From Octopus sinensis (lineage: Eukaryota), in NCBI RefSeq assembly GCF_006345805.1, contig NW_021826348.1, forward strand, positions 1 through 13,271: a DNA stretch of 13,271 bases, in the 5' to 3' direction. Of the stretch, positions 1 to 8,969 are shown piece by piece. The notes beneath the pieces are model-generated. The model made no database searches and had not been told where the DNA came from. It worked only from the letters and a program-made list of their open reading frames with translations. Made by a program: the position numbers and the translations under genes. Position 1 is the first letter of the stretch. Each line of letters opens with the position of its first letter.

Positions 1-69
1 CAAGGTGCCACGCAGTAGGACTGAACCCGCAACCATGTGGTTGGTTAGCAAGCTACTTAATCACACAGC
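1..69 (-). mobile_element. tRNA-derived SINE head (octopus OR-type/CORE-like), cut by window edge
   Basis: Reverse complement GCTGTGTGATTAAGTAGCTTGCTAACCAACCACATGGTTGCGGGTTCAGTCCTACTGCGTGGCACCTTG closely matches the head of the full SINE at 4190-4263; B-box-like GGTTCAGTCC at 19-28. Confidence 0.85.
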
Positions 70-102
70 GTGTGTATGTGTTGATATGCTGATGTAACTA
101 TG

Positions 103-247
103 TCGTTGAATCGGCACAATTGTTAAAGCATTAGAACGAAATGCTTCGTATTATTTGTTGTGATTCTCAGTATGGTGACTTCAAATCGCACCATACTCAA
201 CTTTGCCTTTCATCTTCTGGACGGGTGGGGGTGGGGGTCGATAATAA
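103..247 (+). mobile_element. Degenerate tRNA-derived SINE, same family as 1926-2113
   Basis: GGCACAATTGTTA..GAAATGCTT..TTCAAAT..ACTTTGCCTTTCATC..GGGGTCGATAA parallels the copy at 1926-2113; recognisable homology stops at the mariner MITE. Confidence 0.6.
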
Positions 248-249
248 TA

Positions 250-383
250 TAAGGTTGTCCCAAAAGTTCGTAGAAAGTCTTGGAAAATAATGGTCTTTAT
301 TTTGAGGAATAATTTTTGTTGTTTTACTTGGCGAGTAAAAATTCAATTTTCGCAAGTGTTTACGAACTTTTAGGACAACCTAA
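250..383. mobile_element. Tc1/mariner-type MITE (134 bp)
   Basis: 23-bp TIRs 250-272 (TAAGGTTGTCCCAAAAGTTCGTA) and 361-383 (rc TTAGGTTGTCCTAAAAGTTCGTA), 21/23 identical; TA on both flanks (248-249, 384-385); terminus resembles the mariner TTAGGTTG start. Confidence 0.85.
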
Positions 384-557
384 TATTACAATCATCGGCA
401 GTGGATTCTTGAAGCTGTTAGAAGTTCGCACCAGATGGGGCTGCAGTATGTGTTGCAGTTCTGTGTGTTCTGATAGTAACGCTATCGATTACTCTGGTGC
501 ATAGCTCTATTGGTTCCCGTTGGTGGCATTTCTTTAAAAAAAAAATAAAAACTATAT

Positions 558-892
558 TTACCATCAAGATGTAGGACAAGATACTTTGATAGCCTGGGCT
601 TCAGAGGCCCACAGCTCTTCAATATCCTCCCGAAGAACCTGAGGGACCTGCATGGGGTGGATGCGGATGTCTTTAAAGTAGGACTGGATCTCTTCCTGTC
701 AGGTGTCCCGGATGAACCAACTTCACGGCAGGAGGTGCAGATGAGGGCAGCTGCATCGAACTCCCTCATGCACCAAATGGCAATTGCTAAAATGCATTCG
801 TGAAGTAAAATCATGTAGCAACACCAAATGGCGGTGCCCCAGCATGGCCACAGCTCGTGAACTGAAACTAGATGAAATGAAATAAATAAATA
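558..892 (+). mobile_element. 5'-truncated CR1/L2-group LINE 3' end with target-site duplication
   Basis: 558-803 reads without stops as LPSRCRTRYFDSLGFRGPQLFNILPKNLRDLHGVDADVFKVGLDLFLSGVPDEPTSRQEVQMRAAASNSLMHQMAIAKMHS*, homologous to the C-terminus of the LINE at ~7680-7935; tail (GAAAT/AAAT)n; 10-bp TSD AAAACTATAT at 548-557 and 893-902. Confidence 0.9.
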
Positions 893-966
893 AAAACTAT
901 ATCCGGCGTAGAGAGAGGAGACTTATATAACTGCACTTCTTCCTCATAATATTTTACCGAATCCGG

Positions 967-984
967 CACACACACACATACACA

Positions 985-1033
<49 letters not shown>

Positions 1034-1061
1034 AACACACATACACACACTCACACACACG
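967..1061. repeat. Imperfect (CA)n microsatellite
   Basis: Direct inspection. Confidence 0.95.
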
Positions 1062-1230
1062 CATATTGTATAATTATATGCATAATTATAACAAGAGATC
1101 GGCTTTACACCTCGCCCCGCACTGCAAGAAATAGACTCTAAAGCTCCTATTGCCACCTTAAAATCTCCGAGAATAATACACTATATTGTAGGCAAGCAAA
1201 AGAAAAATAATGACTCTACAAGGTTGGTTA

Positions 1231-1298
1231 ACTGTGTTTACGATCGAATTTCAAGCTTAAAGTAAAAATATTTTACCTACTGCTCTCATCAGCACAGT
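1231..1298 (-). ncRNA. Minimal type I hammerhead ribozyme motif, partly decayed
   Basis: Minus strand: ACTGTG-CTGATGA-GAGC-(loop containing GTAAAA/TTTTAC hairpin)-GCTT-GAAA-TTCGATC-GTA-AA-CACAGT. Stem I ACTGTG/CACAGT, stem II GAGC/GCTT, near-palindromic stem III, GUA triplet; 2 extra nt before stem I. Confidence 0.65.
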
Positions 1299-1490
1299 AC
1301 TCCGTAGGATAGATATACGAGTATCTCAAAATATGCATGCGATCGGCGACATCGCATGACCAGTATCCATCTACGCTCACAAAAATATACTCCCAAGTAT
1401 AATTCAAATATGTTCCTCTTCTACCCACGTGTAGGTGTGATAAGATCTAGACCGCAGTAAGTAAATACATTTTTGATTATGAGTAAATTT

Positions 1491-1610
1491 ATTCATATAT
1501 TAATTAAATAAAAGGGTAAAATCAATGATAATTTCACCAGGTATTTTCACACTGACTACCTGGTAAAATTATTATTGATTTTACGCTTTTATTATAATTG
1601 ATATTTGAAT
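1491..1610. repeat. Foldback palindrome, ~53-bp arms
   Basis: 1491-1543 is the approximate reverse complement of 1557-1610 (AAAAGGGTAAAATCAATGATAATTTCACCAGGTA / TACCTGGTAAAATTATTATTGATTTTACGCTTTT); 13-nt spacer; abuts (TA)n. Confidence 0.85.
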
Positions 1611-1672
1611 ATATATATATATATATATATCTATCTTATATATTTAAAAAAGGAGATGTGGAACCCGAGTTT

Positions 1673-1727
<55 letters not shown>
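1609..1727. repeat. Two (TA)n microsatellite tracts (1609-1630, 1676-1727)
   Basis: Direct inspection. Confidence 0.95.
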
Positions 1728-1835
1728 CATAATCAATATTGACTTACGAAGGTCTCACATATTTACAGGCAAGTATAATCTATATAGAATTGTTTTGTCT
1801 GTATGTAGGTATGTATGTTTGCTGTTCCTACTATT

Positions 1836-1887
1836 GATTTAGTTTCTGATGCGTCTTTGGACGAAACAAGATATATTTTAACGAATC
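1836..1887 (+). ncRNA. Degenerate hammerhead-like motif (core A9 to C)
   Basis: CTGATGC-GTC-TTTG-GAC-GAAA-CAAGATATATTT-TA at 1846-1880; 3-bp stem II; stem III is two changes from the palindrome CAAGATATCTTG; stem I pairing poor. Confidence 0.4.
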
Positions 1888-1925
1888 TGTGTACAATTAT
1901 ATTTCATATCTTCGGGGACAATCTT

Positions 1926-2113
1926 GGTGATGAGTTGGCAGAATCTTTAGCACACCCTACAAAATGCTTGACGGCACCTCGTCTGTCTTTACGTTCTGAG
2001 CTCAGATTCCACCGAGGTCGATTCTGCCTTTCGTCGGTGAATAAATTAAGTTCCAGTAGAACACTGGTGTTGATGCAATATCAAGGCTTGTGCATAATAT
2101 AATAGAAAGGATA
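1926..2113 (+). mobile_element. tRNA-derived SINE (central domain resembles Meta-type SINEs, from memory)
   Basis: A-box-like TGGCAGAATC, B-box-like GAGCTCAGATTCC, then CCGAGGTCGATTCTGCCTTTC..ATAAATTAAGTTCCAGT; related copy at 103-247. Confidence 0.75.
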
Positions 2114-2272
2114 TATTCGGAGACAGACACTGAAATGCTGAAAAGCCTTTTGCAGAGAAGACATTTTGTTCTTATAGACAATGTGTGAAAACAAGAAAAA
2201 GGAGCACTTTTTAACAAGCAGGATAGTCATGGCTAGATTGCTTTTGATAATATGTATGCGAGATCACTTTAA

Positions 2273-2658
2273 TCTCTCTCTATATAAACGGCAGTTTGTC
2301 TGTGTGTGTTTCTGTGTGTCTGTTTGGTTGTACCCTCACTCTGACCACTGCTTTCAACCGATTCTGATGAAACTTGACACACACATAGCCCAATGTCATA
2401 ATTCAAAACTAACGCAGCGAAAATTTTGAAAAGTTCCCCCAGTTCTGAAAAAAATCGATAAATTTGACATGGGGTCGAGAATCAGAAACACAGACCACAG
2501 ACTGTCTAGGGGACGCAACTCGACCTTTTTTAACTCTCAAAAAAAAATTTACCATCATTTTTTTTCCATTTTTTTGCTATTTTTTGGCTATAACTCTCTA
2601 AAAATGCTTTATAGTTATTTCCCTTACAAACCTGAGCAACGCCGGGCGATACTGCTAG
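2273..2658 (+). mobile_element. Non-autonomous Helitron, copy 1
   Basis: A|TC 5' end (boundary blurred by TC run); 3' hairpin CCTG-AGCAACGC-CGGG then CTAG|T at 2655-2659; no TSD; 5' part shared with 12153-12581, 3' part with 11204-11622. Confidence 0.85.
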
Positions 2659-2939
2659 TAAAAAATATAAAAGTATCCGTGAGAAATATTATTCATATAA
2701 AACAGAAGAATTACTAATTGCTGTTGAAAGTTAACAGCTTATTAATCTTATTTTCAGGTTATGGATCCTTAATTTCATTCATGAAGTAAACAAAAACATT
2801 ATGATAACAAGAAAGACAAGAGAGGAAGATAAATAAATAGTAAACGGAGAAAACTGAATATTAATAATAAAACAATTTCAATATCAAACACGAGAAAAAT
2901 AACTGCTAATAAGGAAAAATCGTATGGAGAAGGGAAAAC

Positions 2940-3235
2940 AAGTAATCCCTCGACTATCGCGGGTGTTACGTTCCAAAACCCCTGCGATAGGTAGAAATCC
3001 ACGAAGTGCTGTATTGTATATTTCTTAAAATTATTTTTATAATTTGTATTTATTTATTTTATCATAAATGCAAAACAACACCACGGAGGAATCGACGTAA
3101 GCTTAAATAATAAACCGCGATAGGTGAACATGATAGGTGAGCCGCGATAGGTGAACCGCGATAGGTGAACCGCGATTGGTTAACTGCGATAGGTGAACCG
3201 CAATCCGTGAACAACGATATGGCGAGAGGTTACTG
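2940..3235. mobile_element. Tigger/pogo-like MITE inserted in the NUMT
   Basis: TIR-like ends (C)AGTAATCCCTCGACTATCGCGG and rc CAGTAACCTCTCGCCATATCGTTG; CAGT-type termini typical of pogo/Tigger; flanks read CA rather than canonical TA. Confidence 0.8.
3115..3211. repeat. Seven ~14-bp tandem subterminal repeats CCGCGATAGGTGAA
   Basis: Units start at 3115, 3129, 3142, 3156, 3170, 3184, 3198; a related motif sits near the left end (CCTGCGATAGGTAGAA, 2981-2996). Confidence 0.9.
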
Positions 3236-3480
3236 CATATGAAATTGTGTCGGATCGACATACAAAAACGTGTTTTTAGATGTAATTATGACTACAACAC
3301 TGATAATTAACAAAATTAGATTAGGATAAAGAACAGAGAAAGAACATGAAGAATGTGATTATACAAATAAAATTCTTCTGGTTAATAACAACAATATAAT
3401 CCGTTCATTCAGGTACTTTTGTTCGATGAAAATCTATGTCAGAGCACCATTGAGCTTTTTCTGCTTTCTTCATGTTTCAG

Positions 3481-3641
3481 AGATCACAGGAGAATGTTTG
3501 GACTTCAGTAAACACACAGACTGCCGTTTCTATGATTGTTTATATGCAAGGTTTCCTTGTGGTGTAAAAAAACTACCACAACATAGTGCACGTATGAGGT
3601 GTGAGGACGGAAAAAGAGGAGTCAACCATTTGAATCATAGG
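3481..3641 (+). CDS. STC: Internal coding exon of a stanniocalcin-like gene (equivalent to STC exon 2)
   Basis: Pyrimidine tract + TTTCAG acceptor (3480), donor AGG|GTAAGT (3642); 161 nt, phase 1 to 0; encodes (E)ITGECLDFSKHTDCRFYDCLYARFPCGVKKLPQHSARMRCEDGKRGVNHLNHR with a DC.FY.CL....PCG motif. Family-level call only, not orthology. Confidence 0.8.
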
Positions 3642-3811
3642 GTAAGTGGATAGTGCCAACTTCTGATTGCAAGCGCGCGTGAGAAATAAGAAAAGAAAAG
3701 TAGACAAAATAATGTAACTATGGTCTATCCATTGCACTTACTCAGCATTACCTGATACCTTTGGGTCTTACTGACACCATTACCTCTCATAACCTATATA
3801 TATATATATAC

Positions 3812-4263
3812 TATTACTCTTACTCTTTTACTTGTTTCAGTCATTTCACTGCGGCCATACTGGAGCACCGCCTTTCTAGTCGAGCAAATCGACCCCAGGA
3901 CTTATTCTTTGTAAGCCTAGTACTTATTCTATCGGTCTCTTTGCCGAACCGCTAAGTAACGGGGACGTAAACCACCCCCAACATCGGTTGTCAAGCGATG
4001 TTGGGGGACAAACCATAGAAAAACAAACACACACACCACACACACATACATATATATATATATGTATATATATAATATATATATATATATATAATATATA
4101 CGACAGGCTTCTTCAGTTTCCGTCTACCAAATCCACTCACCAGGATTTGGTCGGCCGAGGATGTATAGTAGAAGACACTTGCCCAAGCTGCAACGCAGTG
4201 GGACTGAACCTGGAACCGTGTGGGTTGGTAAGCAAGCTACTTACACACAGCCACTCCTGCGCC
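3812..4263 (-). mobile_element. Full-length tRNA-derived CORE-like SINE with internal (TA/TG)n and LINE-like tail
   Basis: Minus strand: GGCGCAGGAGTGGCTGTGTG head, GGTTCAGTCC B-box, CTTGGGCAAGTGTCTT core-like segment, microsatellite 4025-4100, 3' GGCGGTGCTCCAGTATGGCCGCAG..ACTGAAAC, (GAGTAA)-type tail; sits in a TA run. Confidence 0.9.
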
Positions 4264-4272
4264 TATATATAT

Positions 4273-4597
4273 AAATATTAGAAGAAAACCACCTTTTATC
4301 ATTCAAAATGAATAATTAAATTACACCATCTAGAAAATTACATATGATAGAAAAGTTAAAATTAAAATAACGATAAAAAGTAAAGATTAAGTAAATTACA
4401 AAAATAATATAATGTAAATAATAGGTGTTATATTATTACCTATTATATACATTATATTATTTTTGTAATTTACTTAATCTTTACTTTTTATTGTTATTTT
4501 AATTTTAACTTTTCTATTATATGTAATTTTCTAGATGGTGTAATTTAATTATTCATTTTGAATTGATAAAAGGTGTTTGTTTTTTTTTCTAATATTT
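4273..4597. repeat. Long near-perfect foldback palindrome (~155-bp arms, 11-nt loop)
   Basis: 4273-4426 versus 4438-4597; about 4 differences over the inner ~135 bp; (TA)n on both flanks. Confidence 0.95.
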
Positions 4598-4744
4598 TAT
4601 ATTTATATATATATATATTATATTGTGTGGAATTTGATTTAGTATTTCTAAATTGAATTCTTTTTCCCTGTAAGTTTGGATTTTATTCCCTCAAATAATA
4701 ATTATATATTTAAACCAAAACAAAACCAAAAGTTAAAAGAAGGG

Positions 4745-7700
4745 AAAAAGCGCACTGACCACTACTGAAAGACGGTATGGCCAGATGTGGTGCGCGGAAA
4801 CCCAACAGGTGGCCAGCTTCACCCAGATGTGAGAAAGGCGGCAGCTGAACAGCAGTCTTTTTTTGTGCATGGCACAAAAAATTGTTCAGCAGCTGACCTG
4901 GCTACAAGCACAAAGCTGGAACTACCACCACATAGGCCACCTCCAACAGATGCAGGATGGCCACCACAGACCAACACCAACACACACCACCACAAAAATA
5001 TTTCTACTGAATGTAGGAGGGCTGCTGCGCGGAAACTGTAAAAAGAAAATTCATTCCTTAGAGACCTTGTGACATGCAATCAAGCTATAGCATGGCACTC
5101 ACAGAACGCATCTTGAACCCGATATAGGTGATGCAGAAATACACATGCCGCAATATGCATTCATACGCACAGATAGAAAAGGGAGGAGCCATGGTGGAGT
5201 TGCAATGTACATCCGAGATGACCTCACGCCCCAGGTCCTGCTTCATATTCAAACTCAGTATGTGAAACTCAATTGTCACATAAGACACCTGAATATCGTC
5301 ATATGCACTACATATCGCCCCACCAGACGCCCCAAAACACTCAGGCATGTTTGAAGACTGCCTAACAAAATATGAGAAGTCCTCACCAACCTTGAACAGC
5401 ACAACAGTGTATTCTTCCTGGGTGACTTTAACCTCCCCAATGTGGAATGGCCTGGGGGGCAGATGCTCCCAGGGATGACACACCATCAGCAGGCACAGGT
5501 GGAGTCCCCTGCTCCATCTCACAATACCTCTTTCATGGAGCAAATAGTTCTGCAAACCAACAAGGGCAGATAATATACTGGATCTCTGCTTTACAAACAT
5601 ATGGATATTATCCATAATGTTAATGTGATGCCGACAATGATCTCGGATCACAACATATGAGCTGTCTATGTATGGAACAAAAGCCCCCCGCAGACACACA
5701 GCCTATACGAAGCACCCCACCATCTCTCCAACTTAAACTTTCATAAAGCCAACTGGAAGTCGATTGAGAAAGAGATCCTCAACAGGATTGGCCTGAATGT
5801 CTCTCCACACCGGACATAAACATGAAACACAAACACTTCATGTCCATAATACAAGCCATATGTGACAATATGTCCAATGTGCAGGGCCACACACACAAGA
5901 ATAAAACACAGATCCCTAGAGAAGGAGGATTCTTATGAGACGACGGACAAGGATTGCAAACCGCCTGAGCACACACAAAAGTGTGAGAAGTCTCGGCTCG
6001 AAAGAATGCTAATGGAAACTGAGAAAAGTCTACATCAGTCCCATGAAAAGGAGAGAGCAGATTAAAGAAGCTTGGGTAATAGAAAATATAAAATCAAACC
6101 CTAAAGCTTTCTTTAAGTTTGCCAAAGAGACAGCCACAGTGCACCAGATAATAGGACCTCTCTTCCAAAAATGGCTCTCTCACAGGAAATCCCACGAGGA
6201 TAAGTGAAATACTGAACGAACAGTTCCCAAAGTGTGTTCACTACAACCCTCTAGGACACAGGCAAGTAAACAACCCAGAAGACTTCTTTGCCACTTTACC
6301 AGCGGCCAAAGAGACAAAAATTGAGTACATCAACATCGAAGAAGATGATTCACACTAGCCATTGATGAGATTGACACAACTCAGCTGCTGGACCTGATGG
6401 ATTCCCAGCGATCCTTCTCAAATCGTGCAAAGAGCCCTTGCAAACCGCTACAGCTTCTTTTTCAGAGCTTTCTTGCAAGTGGTAAGCTCCCAGTCAAACT
6501 GAAAGAGGGGGTAATATGCCCTATCCATAAGGAGGAGCAGAGCAGATGCTAAAAATTATAGGCCTATCTCTCTGACCTCACACATCAGCAAAGTCATGAA
6601 CGAATAGTCCGTAAGAAACTAATCATGTTCCTTGAAGAAATGACTTCTGTCTGACACCCAGCATGGATTTCGACCAGGTAGAGGCTGCCTAACACAGCTC
6701 CTGCAGCACTATGACTGGGTGTTGAAACAGCTACTAATTGGCTCAAATGTGGATGTAATATTATCTTGACTTTGCAAAAGCCTTTGATAAAGTCGACCAT
6801 GGTATGATCTGTCATAAACTGCGTGGTCTCGGCAGGCGGGAAACTTGAGAGTGGCTGCACAACTTCCTAAAAGACAGAAAACAGGCAGTTGTGAGCAATG
6901 GCCACCTCCAGGAACGCAAATAACAAGCGGTGTCCCACAGGGCACTGTCTTGGGGCCACTGATTTCATTGGCCCTTTCAGACATGCCTTCAGTTGCTACG
7001 ATGACCACCCTTGCTAGCTATGCAGATGACACAAAGGTCTCCCACGCAATACAGAAACCCTGAAAAATATTGCGCATCTGCAACATGAGCTGGACACAAT
7101 ATACAGGTGGCTGAGGACAACAACATGCAGTTTAATGCAGGTAAGTTCCTCCAGGCCTGCGCTACTGGCACACAAAGGTAAATGCGTGAAGACTGGATAC
7201 ACTGGCCCAGGAAGAATTGCAATCCCTGAGTCAAAATCAGTGCGTGACCTGGGCATTGACATGAGCAATGATGCATCTTTCCAAATGCATATTGCTAATC
7301 TGGTGATAAAATGCAGACGGCTAGCTGGATGGATTCTCCGAACTTTCAGAACAAAGAGAAGGAGACACTGATGGTCCTATGGAAAACATTTGTCCTCAGC
7401 CGCTTGGACTACTGCTCCCAACTTTGGTCACCACACAATATAAACAAAACAGCAGAACTCGAAGCAACTCAGAGAAGCTAACACAAAGAAAATCGTCTCA
7501 TGCAAAATGTCAGCTACTGGGAAAGACTGAAGGTATTAAACCTCTTCTCCCTGGAGCGGAGGCGGGAGAGATATGCAGTAATATACATCTGGAAAATCCT
7601 GGAGGTCTTATCCCAAACTTTGGCATTCAAGTTACTCCAACCGCAGAACGGGGCGCCGCTGCGTGGTGCCAAGGATTCCAAATCACCATCAAAATACAGG

Positions 7701-8010
7701 TCCAGATACTGCAAAACAGCTTGGTTTCAGAGTGACCACAGCTTTTCAACATCCTCCCTAAATGCCTGAGAGACTACATGGTGTGGATGTGGTTTTCTTT
7801 TTAAACTAAACTGGATCCCTTCTTGTTGGGATTCCCAGATGAACCTACCTCACGACAGGAGACACGGATGCGGGCAGCAGCATCGAACTCCCTTGTTGAT
7901 CAGTGCCACGTATCAGAGGTGGATTCACAAACTAGTGTGCTCATTCAGCGGTGTTGCCCCAGCATGGCCGCGGCTTCGGGCTATAACATTTTTAAGGTTT
8001 AAGGATTTAA

Positions 8011-8014
<4 letters not shown>
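4745..8014 (+). mobile_element. CR1/L2-group non-LTR retrotransposon (LINE), multiply frameshifted; 5' boundary approximate
   Basis: APE and RT motifs in order; 3' UTR TGCCCCAGCATGGCCGCGGC (7955-7974); tail (TTTAAGGA)~3 running into (AT)n. Confidence 0.93.
5004..7935 (+). pseudogene. LINE ORF2: apurinic-like endonuclease + reverse transcriptase (frameshifted)
   Basis: LLNVGGL 5004, RTDR..GGVAMY ~5166-5210, GDFNLP 5421, LDLCF 5578, SDH 5643; NYRPISLTS ~6554, QHGFR ~6659, DFAKAFDKV ~6768, GVPQGTVLG ~6929, YADD 7019-7030, RDLG ~7243, SLERRR ~7548; stop TAG 7933-7935. Confidence 0.92.
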
Positions 8015-8077
<63 letters not shown>

Positions 8078-8140
8078 TGTTGTATGTATGTATGTATGTA
8101 TGTATTTATGTAATGTATATTAAGAGAGTGAGAGAGAGAG
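8013..8140. repeat. Compound (AT)n-(ATGT)n-(GA)n microsatellite
   Basis: Direct inspection. Confidence 0.95.
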
Positions 8141-8702
8141 TGATGTAAGAAAAATAGTGGAGAGGAGGGTGCCATGTTTTAATATTCTCTCTGCATTACA
8201 TTATAAACATCTTATTGCACTTTAATTTTCCAATAATCTAATCATTAGTGATAATGACAAATTACACTTTATTGAACAAGTAGGAGGCTTCTGATAATTA
8301 TTGAGTTTCGAAATAATACTATCGTCATAATCTAACAGTATATATTGCTGTATATTCACTTAGAATATTTCTTTCAGCATGGGCAAGTCACAACGAATTT
8401 GTATTCAACTGATGGCTCTAAACTATATAGACATGTTCCACATTCTAGACAGTACTTGCAAGAAAAAATTTGAAAATACCATAGAAAATATTGAAGAAAA
8501 TTAAAGTATCACAGCATATATATATATATATTATTATATATATATATATATATATATTGAAGTTATAAGAGATAATGATATCATTCAGACCCAAAGGTGT
8601 CAGGTAATGCTGAATAAGTGCTATAGAAAGACCATAGTTAAGTTCCAGATTCGGTAACATTGCGAATAAGGGGTTCAACGTTGGCTCTATGTCAGCGTGT
8701 GC

Positions 8703-8912
8703 ATATAAGAATTTTTTGCTTAATAAGATAAAAAAACCAAGGCTGTATAGATAGTAGAGCATTTATAGATAGAAAGTCTTACAGCTGTTTCTAGGATGAA
8801 GGGATATTACTAATAAATATCCTAGAAACAGCTGTAAGACCTTCTATCTATAAATGCTCTACTATCTATACAGCCTTGTTTTTTTATCGTATTACGCAAA
8901 AAATTATCATAT
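8703..8912. repeat. Foldback palindrome (~95-bp arms) with a hammerhead remnant at its centre
   Basis: 8703-8797 versus 8819-8912, one mismatch in the inner ~60 bp; centre reads GATGA-A-GGGATATT-actaata-AATATCCT-A-GAAAC-AGCT-GTA-AGAC (8795-8840); abuts (TA)n. Confidence 0.92.
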
Positions 8913-8921
8913 ATATATATA

Positions 8922-8969
<48 letters not shown>

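Larger units (their letters stand above)
2726..3416 (-). pseudogene. nad3: NUMT: decayed mitochondrial trnI-nad3-trnS1 segment, interrupted by a MITE
   Basis: Invertebrate mito code, minus strand 2934-2748: PFSMRFF[L,+1 nt]LAVIFLVFDIEIVLLL...CLLHEWN*GSMTWK* (TGA=Trp, ATA=Met), i.e. the nad3 FDIEI and HEW.QGS..W motifs. tRNA-like remnants on both sides: AAG-CTGTTAA-CTT at 2740-2728, and GTACCTGAATGAACGGA-TTATA-TTGTTGT-TATTA at 3416-3383. The nad3 N-terminal part (3236-3350) is only weakly recognisable. Confidence 0.85.

Noticed and set aside
2364-2370. CTGATGA as a hammerhead core (also 12244-12250)
   Set aside because: Part of the Helitron 5' subterminal CCGATTCTGATGAAACTTG; no stem II/GAAA/stem I arrangement.
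2799-3002. Listed 67-aa hydrophobic ORF as a real membrane protein
   Set aside because: Chimera of MITE sequence and nad3 pseudogene read in the standard code.
3115-3211. CRISPR-like or iteron-like array
   Set aside because: Units are contiguous with no unique spacers, lie inside a MITE, and the DNA is eukaryotic.
4190-4263. Functional tRNA gene
   Set aside because: A/B boxes belong to a SINE head; no full cloverleaf, and it continues into the SINE body.
8379-8503. Possible exon after TTTCTTTCAG (MGKSQRICIQLMAL..)
   Set aside because: No strong donor or recognisable motif; inclusion would break the conserved 23-residue Cys spacing across the 3641/12668 junction.
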